A program made the position numbers and the translations under genes. A stretch of DNA of 64,000 bases from Naegleria gruberi (Eukaryota): NCBI GenBank assembly GCA_000004985.1, contig GG738856.1. The stretch is one strand, 5' to 3'. This document shows, one piece after another, positions 33,441-44,950 of this stretch (within the stretch, counting starts at the first letter, position 1; every line of letters begins with the position of its first letter). The notes under the pieces are model-generated. The model was not told the DNA's origin, made no database searches, and worked only from the letters and a program-made list of their open reading frames with translations.

Positions 33441-35072
33441 TCAATTATTTGAGTTTTGATAAAAACGTTCTCTAAGTGCTTTGAGAATGGCTTCAGCTCC
33501 TTCATGTAGAATTTCTTTAGAAATTTCGTCTCCATTTTCCCACTTACATTTATCCAAACCAAAAAAGGAAACATTAATCAATTCACAATACTCAACTGGA
33601 ATATTCTCCAAACATGGATTTTCAGCAATATTTAACATTCTTAAATATTTGAGTTTTGACAATTCTTTTGGAAGGTATTTGACATTATTTCTATAAAGAG
33701 AAATTGAAGCCAATTCACTAATTTCGGATAATTCCATTGGAAGGGTTTCGATTTGATTTTTATCAAACCAAAGAGCTCCCATTTGTTTACAATGACTCAA
33801 TTCAGGCGGAACTTGTGTTAACTTATTATTCATGATGAATAATTCATTCAAATTAAGTAAGGAGCAAATTTCTATTGGAAATTCAGATATTTGATTATTG
33901 TTCAAGTTGAGTCGAGTAAGTTTTTTCAAAATTGATAATCCATTGACATGTGTCAGTAAGTTATTGTCAAGATTTAAACTGGATATGAATGTAAAATCCA
34001 AAGTTTGAGTCAATTCTTTTGGAATTTCCAATAATTGTAAACTTTTCAATTCAATAGTGGAACCTCCTTCATTCAAAATCTTTTCCACTTTCATTTCCAT
34101 CCAATTTCCGTCATTATTCAGACTATTATCGTAAAGATTCTCCCATTGATTATTATCTTCCTGATATCGTTCTCCTTTAAATGCTCTTCCACGATCGTGA
34201 GAGCCACGACTTTCCCAAAACCCTTTTTCATTTTCCTTTGAAAATTTGAGTCCACATAAGAATTTACATCCTTTCCAGCCAAATAGTTGAGGAATCATGA
34301 GACGAATGTAACCATGCTCTTTGGAAATGAATTCTTCATTATATTTGAGAGCTAGAAATGAATCTGGTGTGTCCACGTCCTCTCTGTGGACATTCACAAC
34401 ATAACCATCAATTCCTGTTTGAATGAGAAATTTCCAGTCTGGATCTGGTTTTAGATAATTGATAATGGATTGAAAGGAAAGACCTTCCATGTGCATGTCC
34501 ATAACACTCCATGTGGTTACACAATGTAAATCAATTGTATATTTGGATAATGGGATAGATTCAAGTAATTCTGTGAGTGTGATTGTCTTGATCGGATGAT
34601 CATCTCCAAGGATTATTTCAAGTTCCCATGAGTTAATATCCATTTCTGGATGATACCCCAAATCGAGGACAGGCCACTTTTTAACTATTTTTTGGCCTTT
34701 TGGAAGTTTACTATTATCTTCTTCATCGAAAATTTGATAGTTTCCAGTGGTTTTAAAAGTACTTTGTCTTATTCTTTCAAGCTTTTCAATGTGAGATTCG
34801 TCTAATTTTAATTGTCTTTTTGCTTCGTTTACTGTTTTGATTTCCGAAATATTCTTTTGATCAGTGATTTTCTTTGTTACTTGATTCTTGGGTGACGATA
34901 TTTCTCTAGTTCTGCAAATATAAAAAGCCACCATTGATCCAAATATTATTAATGATGAAAATAATGGATTAGATTCAACTGGCAATATTGCAATGGTAAC
35001 GAAAACAAGACAGGCAAAAAATAGAAAATCAAGAGCTTGTGTGTTCATTGTATTTTTTTGATAAAAGTTCAT
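33441..35072 (-). CDS. membrane-anchored protein combining a sulfite-oxidase-family molybdopterin (Moco) domain (YedY/MsrP-like) with C-terminal leucine-rich repeats
   Basis: N-terminal TM ALDFLFFACLVFVTIAILPV. Moco-domain motifs IDLHCVTTWS, GIDGYVVNV and FLALKYNEEFISKEHGYIRLMIPQLFGWKGCKFLCGLKFS. After that come about 9 classical LRRs (LNLDNNLLTHVNGLSILKKLTRLNLNNNQISEFP...). ATG at 35072. Confidence 0.75.
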   Translation of the reverse strand: MNFYQKNTMNTQALDFLFFACLVFVTIAILPVESNPLFSSLIIFGSMVAFYICRTREISSPKNQVTKKITDQKNISEIKTVNEAKRQLKLDESHIEKLERIRQSTFKTTGNYQIFDEEDNSKLPKGQKIVKKWPVLDLGYHPEMDINSWELEIILGDDHPIKTITLTELLESIPLSKYTIDLHCVTTWSVMDMHMEGLSFQSIINYLKPDPDWKFLIQTGIDGYVVNVHREDVDTPDSFLALKYNEEFISKEHGYIRLMIPQLFGWKGCKFLCGLKFSKENEKGFWESRGSHDRGRAFKGERYQEDNNQWENLYDNSLNNDGNWMEMKVEKILNEGGSTIELKSLQLLEIPKELTQTLDFTFISSLNLDNNLLTHVNGLSILKKLTRLNLNNNQISEFPIEICSLLNLNELFIMNNKLTQVPPELSHCKQMGALWFDKNQIETLPMELSEISELASISLYRNNVKYLPKELSKLKYLRMLNIAENPCLENIPVEYCELINVSFFGLDKCKWENGDEISKEILHEGAEAILKALRERFYQNSNN

Positions 35073-35081
35073 CAATATTTA

Positions 35082-38000
35082 TTACATCATCAATACAGCA
35101 ACCAAGGCCAAAATGAGCATCAAAGCGTTAACAGCAACATTAGAACTTGCATTAACTTTGGTACTCTTCACTGGAGTTACAGTTGAAGGTTTTGGAGTTG
35201 TTGAAGAGCCTGGTGTAACAGTGGTTTGAGAAGTAATGATATAAGTACCAGTGCTTGAAACAGAAGCAGTGATAGTACCGTCGTTGTTCGTAGTTAAGGT
35301 GCATCCAGAGGCAGTTTCATACGTGTTAGTAACAGTATTGAGTACCTTACATGTGTTGACAGTTTCCATCAAAGTTCTTGATTTCTTTGTGAGTTCAAAG
35401 ACCAAATCAGCAATAGAAGAAGAATTAGAAACAGTGACAGCAGTTCCATCAACCAACTTGAAATCAATAGCCTTAGTAATAGTATTATCAACACCAGTAA
35501 CATCAATAACTTTAGCCATAACATTGACAGTCTTGAGAGAAGCAATTTGACTCAATTGAGCAAACTTGGAAGATAACTTGATCTTATTGTTACCAAGAAT
35601 CTTTTCAGAGAGGGAGTTCAAGGTAGCAATGTTAACCTTACGAGTAAGAGTTGTTACACCACCAGCATTAACAATGGTAGATGGCAAGTCAGCAATAGTG
35701 TCCTTAACAGACAAAGTTGCCAAATTGGTATAAACAGTGTTAATGTTTGCAAGGTCAACCTTACTGAAAACTCTCTTTCTTTGTTGACCTTTTTGAATAA
35801 CTTCAAGGAATTTGTCAGCAGATTTCTTTACATTGTCAATCATTTCACTTCCAAGTTCGATGCCGTTAGTGTTAACATTTCCTGTAGTATTTGCGAGACT
35901 GTCAACAACCTTGGCTGTAGTACTATCAGCAACCATTCCAGAAGAAACAGAAGTACTGAATGATGAAGCAAAAGACAGACCATTTTCAGCAGAGCTCTTG
36001 GAAACAGAAATACTATCAGTTTTGGCTTGTTGGTCTAGGAAGGCATCTGCAATAGCAGAAGCAGCTTGCTTGATAGAATCAATTTGTGAAGAGTTCAACT
36101 TGTTAATATCAACACTACCAATAACAGACATGGCAGATGAAGCAGCAGACAATGTGACAGTACCCTTAGAGGTGGCCATTGAAGACAAGGCAGAAACAGA
36201 TTCTTCAGCAGATGGCTTGGTAATAGTAACATCAAAAGTAGCATATGAAGAAGCACCCAAAAAGTCGTACACAACAGCCTTAACAGTCAAAATATTACCA
36301 GATGTTGGTGCTGGGAGTGAGATACTTGCGGATGGTTCTTCAGTTCTGTCAGTAAGAGGGTTCCACTTGTTACCCTTGTTATCGTAGAACATGAATTGAT
36401 AAGTCAATGGTGTTTGAGGATCAGACCAACCATTACCACACTTGATATCGAAAATATCGCTCAAAGCTTTACCAGTGATTGGATAGACATCGAATTGACC
36501 TTGAGTTGGTGGAGAGTTGACAGTGAATGTAACCTTAGCAGAACCTTCCTTGACACCATCAGTGACAGCCAAAGAAACAGTATATGAGTCACCTGGAGAA
36601 AGCAAGCTGGATGGAATCTTCAAATAGCTTGAAGTGGTGGAGGTATTAGTGTTGAGTTCAAAGTTTTCAGCAGACCAAGTAAATGATGGGCTTGATAATT
36701 GAACACCCCATGTAGTATAGGTCAAATACAAGTCCTTAGATGGATCAACAACAGTCAAGTCAACATTTGAAGTAATTGAAACTTTGAGAAGAGTATCCTT
36801 TGCTTGCTCAAGGAGAGTAACAAACAAGTAACGAGTAGCACCTCTTGATCCCTTAGTTACAGTTGCAGTGAATTGGTATGCTCCAGCAGTGAATTGAGTG
36901 CTTGTGAATGAAGAAACATATCCAGGTTGAATGGTACAGTCTTGGCCATTAGTCAAATCATAACAAGTGATGGATACATTTTGGGCATCATTGGTATTAC
37001 TTGGATCAACAACCTTAATATTAAATGAAATTGGATCTTGATTAGATTGAATAACATTGTCAATGGAATAGGAGAGGATCAATGGTTGAGCAATAGCAGT
37101 TACCTTGATTGAGGTTGAGGATGATTCTGCTCCATTAGCTGTGGCAGTGACTGTAAAGTAGTAATCACCTTCTTGATTAATTTCAGTAAATCCCTTACCA
37201 AGGACCAGCATTCCATTCTTTGTTTTTGGTGTAACAATGGATGCAGATTGAGAAGCATCTAAAGTATAACTGTATTGAACTTGACCATTTCCGTTGTAAC
37301 AGGATGGGAATTTGATAATTGGATTAATAGTTGAAACAGAACCAATCATAAACTTGCTTTCAGCACCTTGCTTAATGAACACAGCTGGAACAGCATTGGC
37401 AATAACTGTGAAAGAGAAGGACTTGGTATCCGATTTACCGAAACTACTGGTGACAGTAACAGAAACAATGTAAGTACCAGCAGACAAACCGAGCTCGTTC
37501 AATTTGATTCTCAATCCACCTCGAGTTTCACTCTTGATAGCAGTTGAGAGCTTATCTTCATCTGAACTTGATGGTCCCGAAGCAACAGACCAGGAGAAAG
37601 TTAATGGACGACGATCCAAAGAAACTGAACCATAAGCATTCAAGAACAAATCATCGCATGTTGAAACAACGCTCTTGTCACCAATCAAGGAAACAGTTGG
37701 TGAAGCAGCAATGAATTCACCACTTTGAACTTCTGCATTAGTAGCTTCCTTACTACCTGGATATTTCAATGGTCTAAGAACATCTGAGGTAGTAACAGCA
37801 GCATTAGGTCCCAAAATTACTTCCAAAGTGCTCTTGTCAGTATTGAAAACACATTGAGATCTATCACCAAGCTTTAAAACATCTTGGAAGATTTGATCAC
37901 ATGGAATTGGTCTCTTGAGGGTGGAGTAAACAGTTGCAACAAGTCTGTCACCGTTGGCATTGAACTTGAGAGAGGATGTATCAAATTTATAGTCACAATT

Positions 38001-39864
38001 ATCACCAGCATATTGGTTGAGACAAACACCTGGAGCACATTTAGCAGCTGGGTCAACATTTGGACTATTACAAGTGCAAGAGCCATCATAGGTACAAGTT
38101 CCTCTACCATTGCAAGTGGATGGGTTACAAGAAATTGAACAATTTGCACCAACAAATCCACCAATACACTTTTCACAATATTCACCAGCATAATTTCCAT
38201 CACATTTACATTTCAAACCTTGACATTTACCCTTGCCACCACAAGTACCAGCATCTGTACACACTGGTTCTTTACAATCATCTCCCTTAAATGCAGGACT
38301 ACAACTAGAACAATTACGAGAACCAGTCCAAGCAGAATCACATTGACAAGTATCTGGACCAACACACTTACCGTGTTGAGAACAAGCATATTGACTATTT
38401 CTATCAACACCATGGCATGAGAATGATTGACAAGATGATCCTTCGAAACCAGCCAAGCATTTACAAGCATTTGGACCTTGGCATGAACCCTTACCATTAC
38501 ATACTGATCTATCAGTAGCTGGAGTATTGTAACATATTGGAATTTCACAATTTGCACCAGTGTATCCAGCAATACACTTCAAACAGTAGGTGCTAGGATC
38601 AAAATTACCTCTACATTGACAAACGTCGACATCAGTACATTTACCATTGAAGGAACAACCACCAGCTTGTTCAGTCTTACCATTACAAGTTTTGATATCG
38701 CATTCAATTCCTGAATAACCAGCTTTACAATTACAAGTATTTGGAGCAACACATTTACCTTTGCCACCACAAACTTGAGCCTCATCTTGAGGTTTACCGA
38801 AACAAGTTGNNNNNNNNNNNNNNNNNNNNNNNNNNNNNNNNNNNNNNNNNNNNNNNNNNCAGTTCCATTCACACAGCACCATTCTTACATTGAATATTAG
38901 CACATGGATCAACTGGACCTGGTGGAGGATTTGGATTGCTTCCATTATTATTAGTATTATTATTACCTGGATTTGGATTAGGTGTTGGACTACTTCCATT
39001 ATTATTATTATTATTAGGATTTGGATTTGGGTTGCTTCCATTGTTGTTGGTGTTATTATTACCTGGATTTGGATTAACAACTTGATCACAATGAGGACCA
39101 GTGAAACCTTGTTGACATTCACATGTTCCATTCACACAAGTACCATTACCACAGTGAATATTAGCACATGGATCAACTGGACCTGGTGGAGGATTTGGAT
39201 TGCTTCCATTGTTATTAGTATTATTATTACCTGGATTAGGATTAGGTGTTGGACTACTTTCATTATTGTTATTAGTATTATTATTAGGATTTGGATTTGG
39301 ATTAGGGTTAGGATTTGGGTTGCTTCCATTGTTATTGGTATTATTATTACCTGGATTTGGATTAACAACTTGATCACAATGAGGACCAGTGAAACCTTGT
39401 TGGCATTCACATGTTCCATTCACACAAGTACCATTACCACATTGAACATTGGCACATGGATCAACTGGACCTGGTGGAGGATTTGGATTACTGTTGTTAT
39501 TATTTCCAAGAACTACTTCACAATGAACACCATCAAAACCTTGATTACATTCGCACATACCAGAGGTCATGTTACAAACACCATGACCGCAATCAGAATT
39601 ATTAGAGCACAAAGGTGCACAGAGAGTATCATTATAATAGTAGCTAAGACTTCCATCGCAGCCACATGTGCCATTAAGACACACCAAATTTACACCATTC
39701 ATAGTTTGATTGAGTACATTATCATAGAAAGGATAATTACACTCAGAATCATTTTGGCACCCTTTCACTACAAAGCCATTAAGCAACAGCAGTGTAGAAA
39801 ACAGGGACACCAAAGCAAATACAAAAGTTAGCCTTGTTGTCTGCATATTTTTTCTTGAGGTCAT
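35082..39864 (-). CDS. giant secreted/type-I membrane protein: signal peptide, N/P-rich linker plus EGF-like module x3, tenascin-type EGF array, long Thr/Ser-rich beta-rich (Ig/TIG-like?) region, C-terminal TM. Interrupted by a 50-N gap.
   Basis: Signal peptide MQTTRLTFVFALVSLFSTLLLLNG. Repeated ...DPCANIQCGNGTCVNGTCECQQGFTGPHCDQV. A further EGF array (CNGKGSCQGPNACKCLAGFEGSSC...). C-terminal TM VAVNALMLILALVAVLMM. The frame changes across the gap. Confidence 0.75.
38810..38859. other. assembly gap (50 N)
   Basis: Run of n. Confidence 1.
38880..39520. repeat. three tandem copies of a coding repeat of about 265-277 nt (NPNP-rich linker plus EGF module)
   Basis: cacatggatcaactggacctggtggaggatttggatt recurs at 38903, 39168 and 39445. 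Confidence 0.8.
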
Positions 39865-40373
39865 CTATAAGCAAGGAGCAAAAAATACTTAAAGGCTTTG
39901 GAATGCAGTTGTGACAGTTTGTGTAGACATCATCGCGGCCTTAATATGAGCATGGATTACCTTAACGGGAGCGGTTTTGAGCATTAAGATTATGCGCAAC
40001 CATACAATGAACTTGTGTGTAACGTTGAAATGCACCTCTTGGTTCCTAGTAACGGATCAGCTAATTTAAGTTGTTGATTCTTCTACTTCCTTAATATAAG
40101 CTTCATTCTAATAAGCAATAGATGTAATATATTCATGTAAGTGGACCTTGTTTGACAATGAGAGACTTTTGTCCATGAAAAACGCGGAAAGCTCAAACCT
40201 TGGTGTATAATGCCTCAATTTTTCACTGAGTTGGTCCATCAAAATATTGACATTAAGGAAGATTGAGTTCGAATCCACAATGCAAACAAAGGAAACCAAA
40301 TTAAAGAACTTGGGTTGATCTTTGTAATTATCATCATTGAGCAATCTATTTTTACCAATTCAGAAAAAATACA

Positions 40374-41000
40374 ATGAACGAGAGAAACAAGGGCAGATTT
40401 GGCGTAAAAACCAATCAAACACTCAAGTTTAGTCATCAATTAAATGTAGAAAGAGAGAAGGGATGTATATTTGAATGGCAAGATGTCTCGGGACTCTACG
40501 GAAGACAACATGTAGTCTCTCATTCACTTGATAAACATAGAAGATGGGAATTGGTCCCAGAAGATGGTGATCAAGAAACCTCTTCTTCTTCTTCGCAATT
40601 CGAAGAGAAACAAGAGAGAAAGGAAAAGAACAAGGATGACAAGAGAGAGGACTTTCAGAGAAAGACTGATAAAAGTAAACATACTAAACGTTTGGAGAGA
40701 AAGGAACAAAACAAACAAGCAGCAATTTTGGAAAAGCAAAAGGAATCCCAGGCTCAAACTCAGCCACCAGAACACCAACAAGATGATGAAAAAGTTGTTA
40801 AAATTTACACATCAGGTTCTCAAATTAGAGGTAATTTGACTGCTGACAAGGCTCCGGATTTGAATATTTATGTTCCTGAGAATGAAGGTGTTAGAATGAA
40901 GAAGGGACAAAATAGACATCGTGAAAAGTATATTTACGGTGGAGATGTTGAACCTAGAAGAGAAAAGAAGGAACAATTTGTGAAGAGTATTTTTTTGTAA
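40374..41000 (+). CDS. hypothetical highly charged (K/E/R/Q-rich) protein
   Basis: 208-aa ORF with a genuine ATG at 40374. No domain recognised. Confidence 0.45.
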   Translation: MNERNKGRFGVKTNQTLKFSHQLNVEREKGCIFEWQDVSGLYGRQHVVSHSLDKHRRWELVPEDGDQETSSSSSQFEEKQERKEKNKDDKREDFQRKTDKSKHTKRLERKEQNKQAAILEKQKESQAQTQPPEHQQDDEKVVKIYTSGSQIRGNLTADKAPDLNIYVPENEGVRMKKGQNRHREKYIYGGDVEPRREKKEQFVKSIFL

Positions 41001-41045
41001 TCAATTAATTAGATAATATTACAATAATTATTATAGAGTATTCTA

Positions 41046-41990
41046 CTAGCAAAGAATACACTTTTTATCTTTCTTTCGATGGCTAGTATGAGTTTCAAAG
41101 CTTTTTATAACTTGAACGAGTCTGTGATATCTAATTAGAATACTGAAGGCATTGGAAACTGTTTCATTGTGTGCAGCGGATGCCATGATAATGGGACAAT
41201 ACTTTAGTTTCGGATTTCTTGTGAAAATTTCATAAACATCCTTCAAGTTAAATTGATATGCTGAAGAATCAACATCAACCTTATTCACAACAATGACATA
41301 GGATTTGTACATTTTCTTCTCCTTAAAATTTGATTTTAGAACCTCCTCTAGCTCTGTAAGAGATTGTCTATCATTTATCGAACAAACTAACATGAAACAC
41401 TCTCCAAATTTATATTCCATTCCAAAAGAGAAAGAATCCTCAATAACTAATCTCGTAGGATAATCATCAACAATGGCATTCTTCCATGTAGTTTCCTCAA
41501 TAGTTGGATCTATCTTTACTCCATCAAAATAGTTCATGACATATTGAACTGTCAGAGCTGTCTTTCCAACATTTGCTATTCCACCAACGAATATTTTGAA
41601 ATCAGCTTGTCCGTAATAATTCTTATTATTTGATTCCTTTTCAAGTTGCAAACTCTTATAATTCTCCTTAAACTTGTGCATTAATTGAGCGTATCGACTT
41701 CTGTTACTCATTGTTGATGGCCATGGTATTTCTTCATCTTGTTTTGCCAATACTTCCTCTGTCCATTCCCGATGAGAGAGTCTTGCCCAACCCATCACTA
41801 AATACCTCCAATAACCATCCTGTAAATATTGATCAATTGGAGAGTCTTTCTTGAATGAGAGAGCCATCGAACAAGCTGCCTTACTTCTCATAGTTTCACC
41901 TTCCTTGTATTTAAAATTCAAAGGCTCTTGATTCAGACCACAATAATTCAAAATGATAATAATTAATTCATCGGGCAATCTGTTCGTCAT
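41046..41990 (-). CDS. F-box domain fused to a Ras-superfamily small GTPase-like domain with a degenerate G3 motif
   Basis: LPDELIIIILNYCGL F-box. G1 GGIANVGKTAL. Switch-I DPTIEETT. G3 is replaced by IEDSFSFG (no DxxGQ). G4 VNKVD. G5 ASAAH. Confidence 0.7.
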   Translation of the reverse strand: MTNRLPDELIIIILNYCGLNQEPLNFKYKEGETMRSKAACSMALSFKKDSPIDQYLQDGYWRYLVMGWARLSHREWTEEVLAKQDEEIPWPSTMSNRSRYAQLMHKFKENYKSLQLEKESNNKNYYGQADFKIFVGGIANVGKTALTVQYVMNYFDGVKIDPTIEETTWKNAIVDDYPTRLVIEDSFSFGMEYKFGECFMLVCSINDRQSLTELEEVLKSNFKEKKMYKSYVIVVNKVDVDSSAYQFNLKDVYEIFTRNPKLKYCPIIMASAAHNETVSNAFSILIRYHRLVQVIKSFETHTSHRKKDKKCILC

Positions 41991-42168
41991 ATTGTATCAA
42001 AGTTAATTAAATCCTTATATTTAAATAAATTAATAATAATTATATAATATCAAATTAGACAATTAATAGTTTCATTTTTTAAAGTTCATACAACAACAAA
42101 TGATTTGAGATGTGTATTAATTATCTTGATACATTTAATCTTCAATAATTAATATTACAAAAAACAAC

Positions 42169-43451
42169 ATGAAGAGAAGCAGGTTCGGAATATCTTCTTC
42201 ACCAACTTCACTTTCCGAAGAAGAACAAGAAGAACAAAAACACACCAATCTTGGTAATGATGATGAAGAATTTCAACTAGTAACTTTGTCTTCTCCTTCC
42301 AATGAATATGAATCAAAACAAAAGAAGGCTAAATATGATACCAATGAATTAATTAATATTACTCATGATGATTATAATTATAATAATATTACAAGAGTAA
42401 TTCTAATTGATTTGATGGAAATATTAAATACAAATCATCATCAATTAATTAATAATTCAAATAATTCACAAATGGAAGAAATTAAATTCCTCTTCAACAA
42501 ATTAAGGAGGAAAATGAATGGTGGTGATTTTGTAGAACGTGCCTTCTCAACAAACTTTCATCACTCGAGGACAATTATTGGAATGGAGAATGAAGAAGAG
42601 GAAAAGTTTACATTGTGAAAATTTGTTACAATTCGAAATTGGTATTTGTGAGTGGAACAGATGAATCAAAATTAGTGGTCTATAGTTTGGATGATTACAA
42701 ATTCATTAAAACTATTGAATTGGAAACAATGCCAACTAATTTATGTATTGAAGAATGGGATAAATATTCGAATGATATTATCATTTCTGGAAATAATACT
42801 CATGTTTACAAGTATAGTTTAGAGGAATGTATGAAATCAAAACCGAAACCATTGTGGATTTGTGATAAGATTAATTCACCAAATGGAATAATATCTGTCA
42901 GTGATAGGAATAATTCAAACGAAAATTATAGAAAAGAGACCTCTCTTCTCTATGTTTGTGATATGTTTACTGAATTGATTAGCATTGTCAAATCACAAAC
43001 AGGACAAGTCATTGGAAATATATCTCTGCTAAGTGAAATGATTAATGTATCCTGTCCATGGAGTATTGGAATGAATAATTTGGGACAATTCATAATTAGT
43101 GGTCTACAAAACTCTAGCAAACATATTATTGAAATAATTGAGAGACAATTCGATCAAAAAAAGAATCAATACGAGTGGAAATCTATTAAAGTCATTGAGA
43201 ACGAGGAAGACAAGTTAAAATATCCTTTCGGACTTGTGGTAGATAGTGTATCTTTGAATATCATTGTATGTGATAGTTTGAATCACAGATTAATGGTATT
43301 CAAACAAGATGGAACTCTGTTAAAAGTATTTGGATCGAAAGGAAGGGAAACTTTTCAATTATCAACACCTATGGGTCTCTGTATTAACAAATTGAATGGA
43401 GAATTACTCGTGGCAGATTCAGAAAATCATCGAATATTATGTTACAAATAA
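42169..43451 (+). CDS. NHL-repeat (six-bladed beta-propeller) protein. ORFs 42169..42618 and 42615..43451 are probably joined by a frameshift.
   Basis: C-terminal NHL repeats (VVDSVSLNIIVCDSLNHRLMVFKQDGTLLKVFGSKG...LLVADSENHRILCY). N-terminal acidic region. Confidence 0.6.
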
Positions 43452-43527
43452 GTGATATTTAATGTACATTTTCTGAATTCAGAAAAATAGATTATTAGAA
43501 TAGATAGACTATAGAATAGGCACATAT

Positions 43528-44547
43528 TTAATGTAAGAGACGAGTCAAGTGTTTCATTCCCTTCACATACTTCACTCCTTCTTCCCCTATTCTGTTGAAA
43601 CTAATATCAAGAAGTCTCAATTGTTTCATTTCACTAATAGATTTGGCACCTTCAGGACCAATTCTATTTCCATCAATTCTAAGATCAGTCAAGTTTGGCA
43701 TTTGACTAATAGCCTTTGCTCCCTCATCTCCAATTTCATTATAACAAATATTGAGTGTGGTTAATTTATCTAGTTCACTTATAAAAATTGCTCCTTCTGA
43801 CCTTAGAGAATTAGTATAGGCTTTCAGATAAGTCAATTGCTTCATTTGGCTAATGGATTTTGCACCTTCAGCACCCAAATTATTTCCACAAATGTCAAGT
43901 TTAGTTAAATTTTTCATTTCACTGATACTTTTGATTCCTTCTTGATCTATATTACTGGAACTGATATTGAGGAACGTTAAATGATCCATGCCACTAATTG
44001 ATTTTGCACCTTCTGCGCAGAGATAATTTGCACTAATATCAAGTTCAGTCAATTTAGTCATTCCACTAATTAATTTTGCACCTTCTGTACCAATTTGACT
44101 CGAGTCAATGTATAGACTAGTTAATTGCTTGAATTCACTGACGATCTTTGCTCCTTGCAACCCAATTTCATTTCCGCCAACACAAAGTTTAGTCAAATTT
44201 CGCATTAGGCCAACAAGCTCCAAATACTTAATATCAAACACTTCCTCTACGGAAATAAATTTCAGAGATGTAAAACTCTCCAAAAATTGACTTTTCCTAA
44301 CAGCATTGAATTTGCTATCGGTAATGTTTTTGAATTCAATTGAAAGTTTTGCACGTTCATTGATCACATTTAAAAATTGCTTTGAAATGAGGGAACACTT
44401 GTACAAGATGAATTTTGGATTTTCAATATAGGATATTATTTCAAAGCAAACATCATCAGAAAATATTTCCTTCTTGCCGAGTTCGGTTTGCTGAGACAAA
44501 GGGGTTTCAACAAGTTCACTCATTTTTTTTGAGATGTCAAATTTCAT
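43528..44547 (-). CDS. F-box/LRR (RNI-type) protein
   Basis: IFSDDVCFEIISYI...LISKQF then about 9 LRRs with GxEGAK. Confidence 0.8.
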   Translation of the reverse strand: MKFDISKKMSELVETPLSQQTELGKKEIFSDDVCFEIISYIENPKFILYKCSLISKQFLNVINERAKLSIEFKNITDSKFNAVRKSQFLESFTSLKFISVEEVFDIKYLELVGLMRNLTKLCVGGNEIGLQGAKIVSEFKQLTSLYIDSSQIGTEGAKLISGMTKLTELDISANYLCAEGAKSISGMDHLTFLNISSSNIDQEGIKSISEMKNLTKLDICGNNLGAEGAKSISQMKQLTYLKAYTNSLRSEGAIFISELDKLTTLNICYNEIGDEGAKAISQMPNLTDLRIDGNRIGPEGAKSISEMKQLRLLDISFNRIGEEGVKYVKGMKHLTRLLH

Positions 44548-44718
44548 GGAAGGTCATTTTTCTATAGAAGTATGGTATTGATCCAGAGCTTAATATCTCA
44601 ATGAATACTTGATAAAATCTCACGAAAAAAGAGAATATCGTAGAATAACATGTCGAGATTATGATGTACAAAATTTAAGTAATGGTATTAAAAAATCGTT
44701 TGAATAAAAAATAATTTC

Positions 44719-44789
44719 TGCGTCGACCGGGAATTGAACCCGGGTCACGGCGATGGCAACGCCGTATTCTACCACTAAACCATCGACGC
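44719..44789 (-). tRNA. tRNA-Gly (anticodon GCC)
   Basis: GCGTCGATGGTTTAGTGGTAGAAT..., anticodon stem CGGCG/CGCCG with loop TTGCCAT, T-arm CCGGGTTCAATTCCCGG. Confidence 0.9.
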
Positions 44790-44950
44790 TTCTTATTATG
44801 CATCAATTGTATGTCACTGTGAAAGTATTATTAAAGTTCGGAAATATCTTTTGGGCAATGAATTTGAATTATTTGTGAAATATTCATTTTCGATTAATTT
44901 TAAACAATCCACTTGATATTTCAAAAATTCAATATATTTACTATTTAAAT

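Noticed and set aside
38890-39831. ORFs 38890..39831(+), 39132..39419(-), 39411..39605(+) and the N-terminal 90 aa of ORF 35082..39131 (MEHVNVNKV...)
   Set aside because: These are alternative-frame or antisense translations of the N/P-rich EGF repeat. The genuine frame is the Cys-rich EGF one (38869..39864, continuing after the gap).
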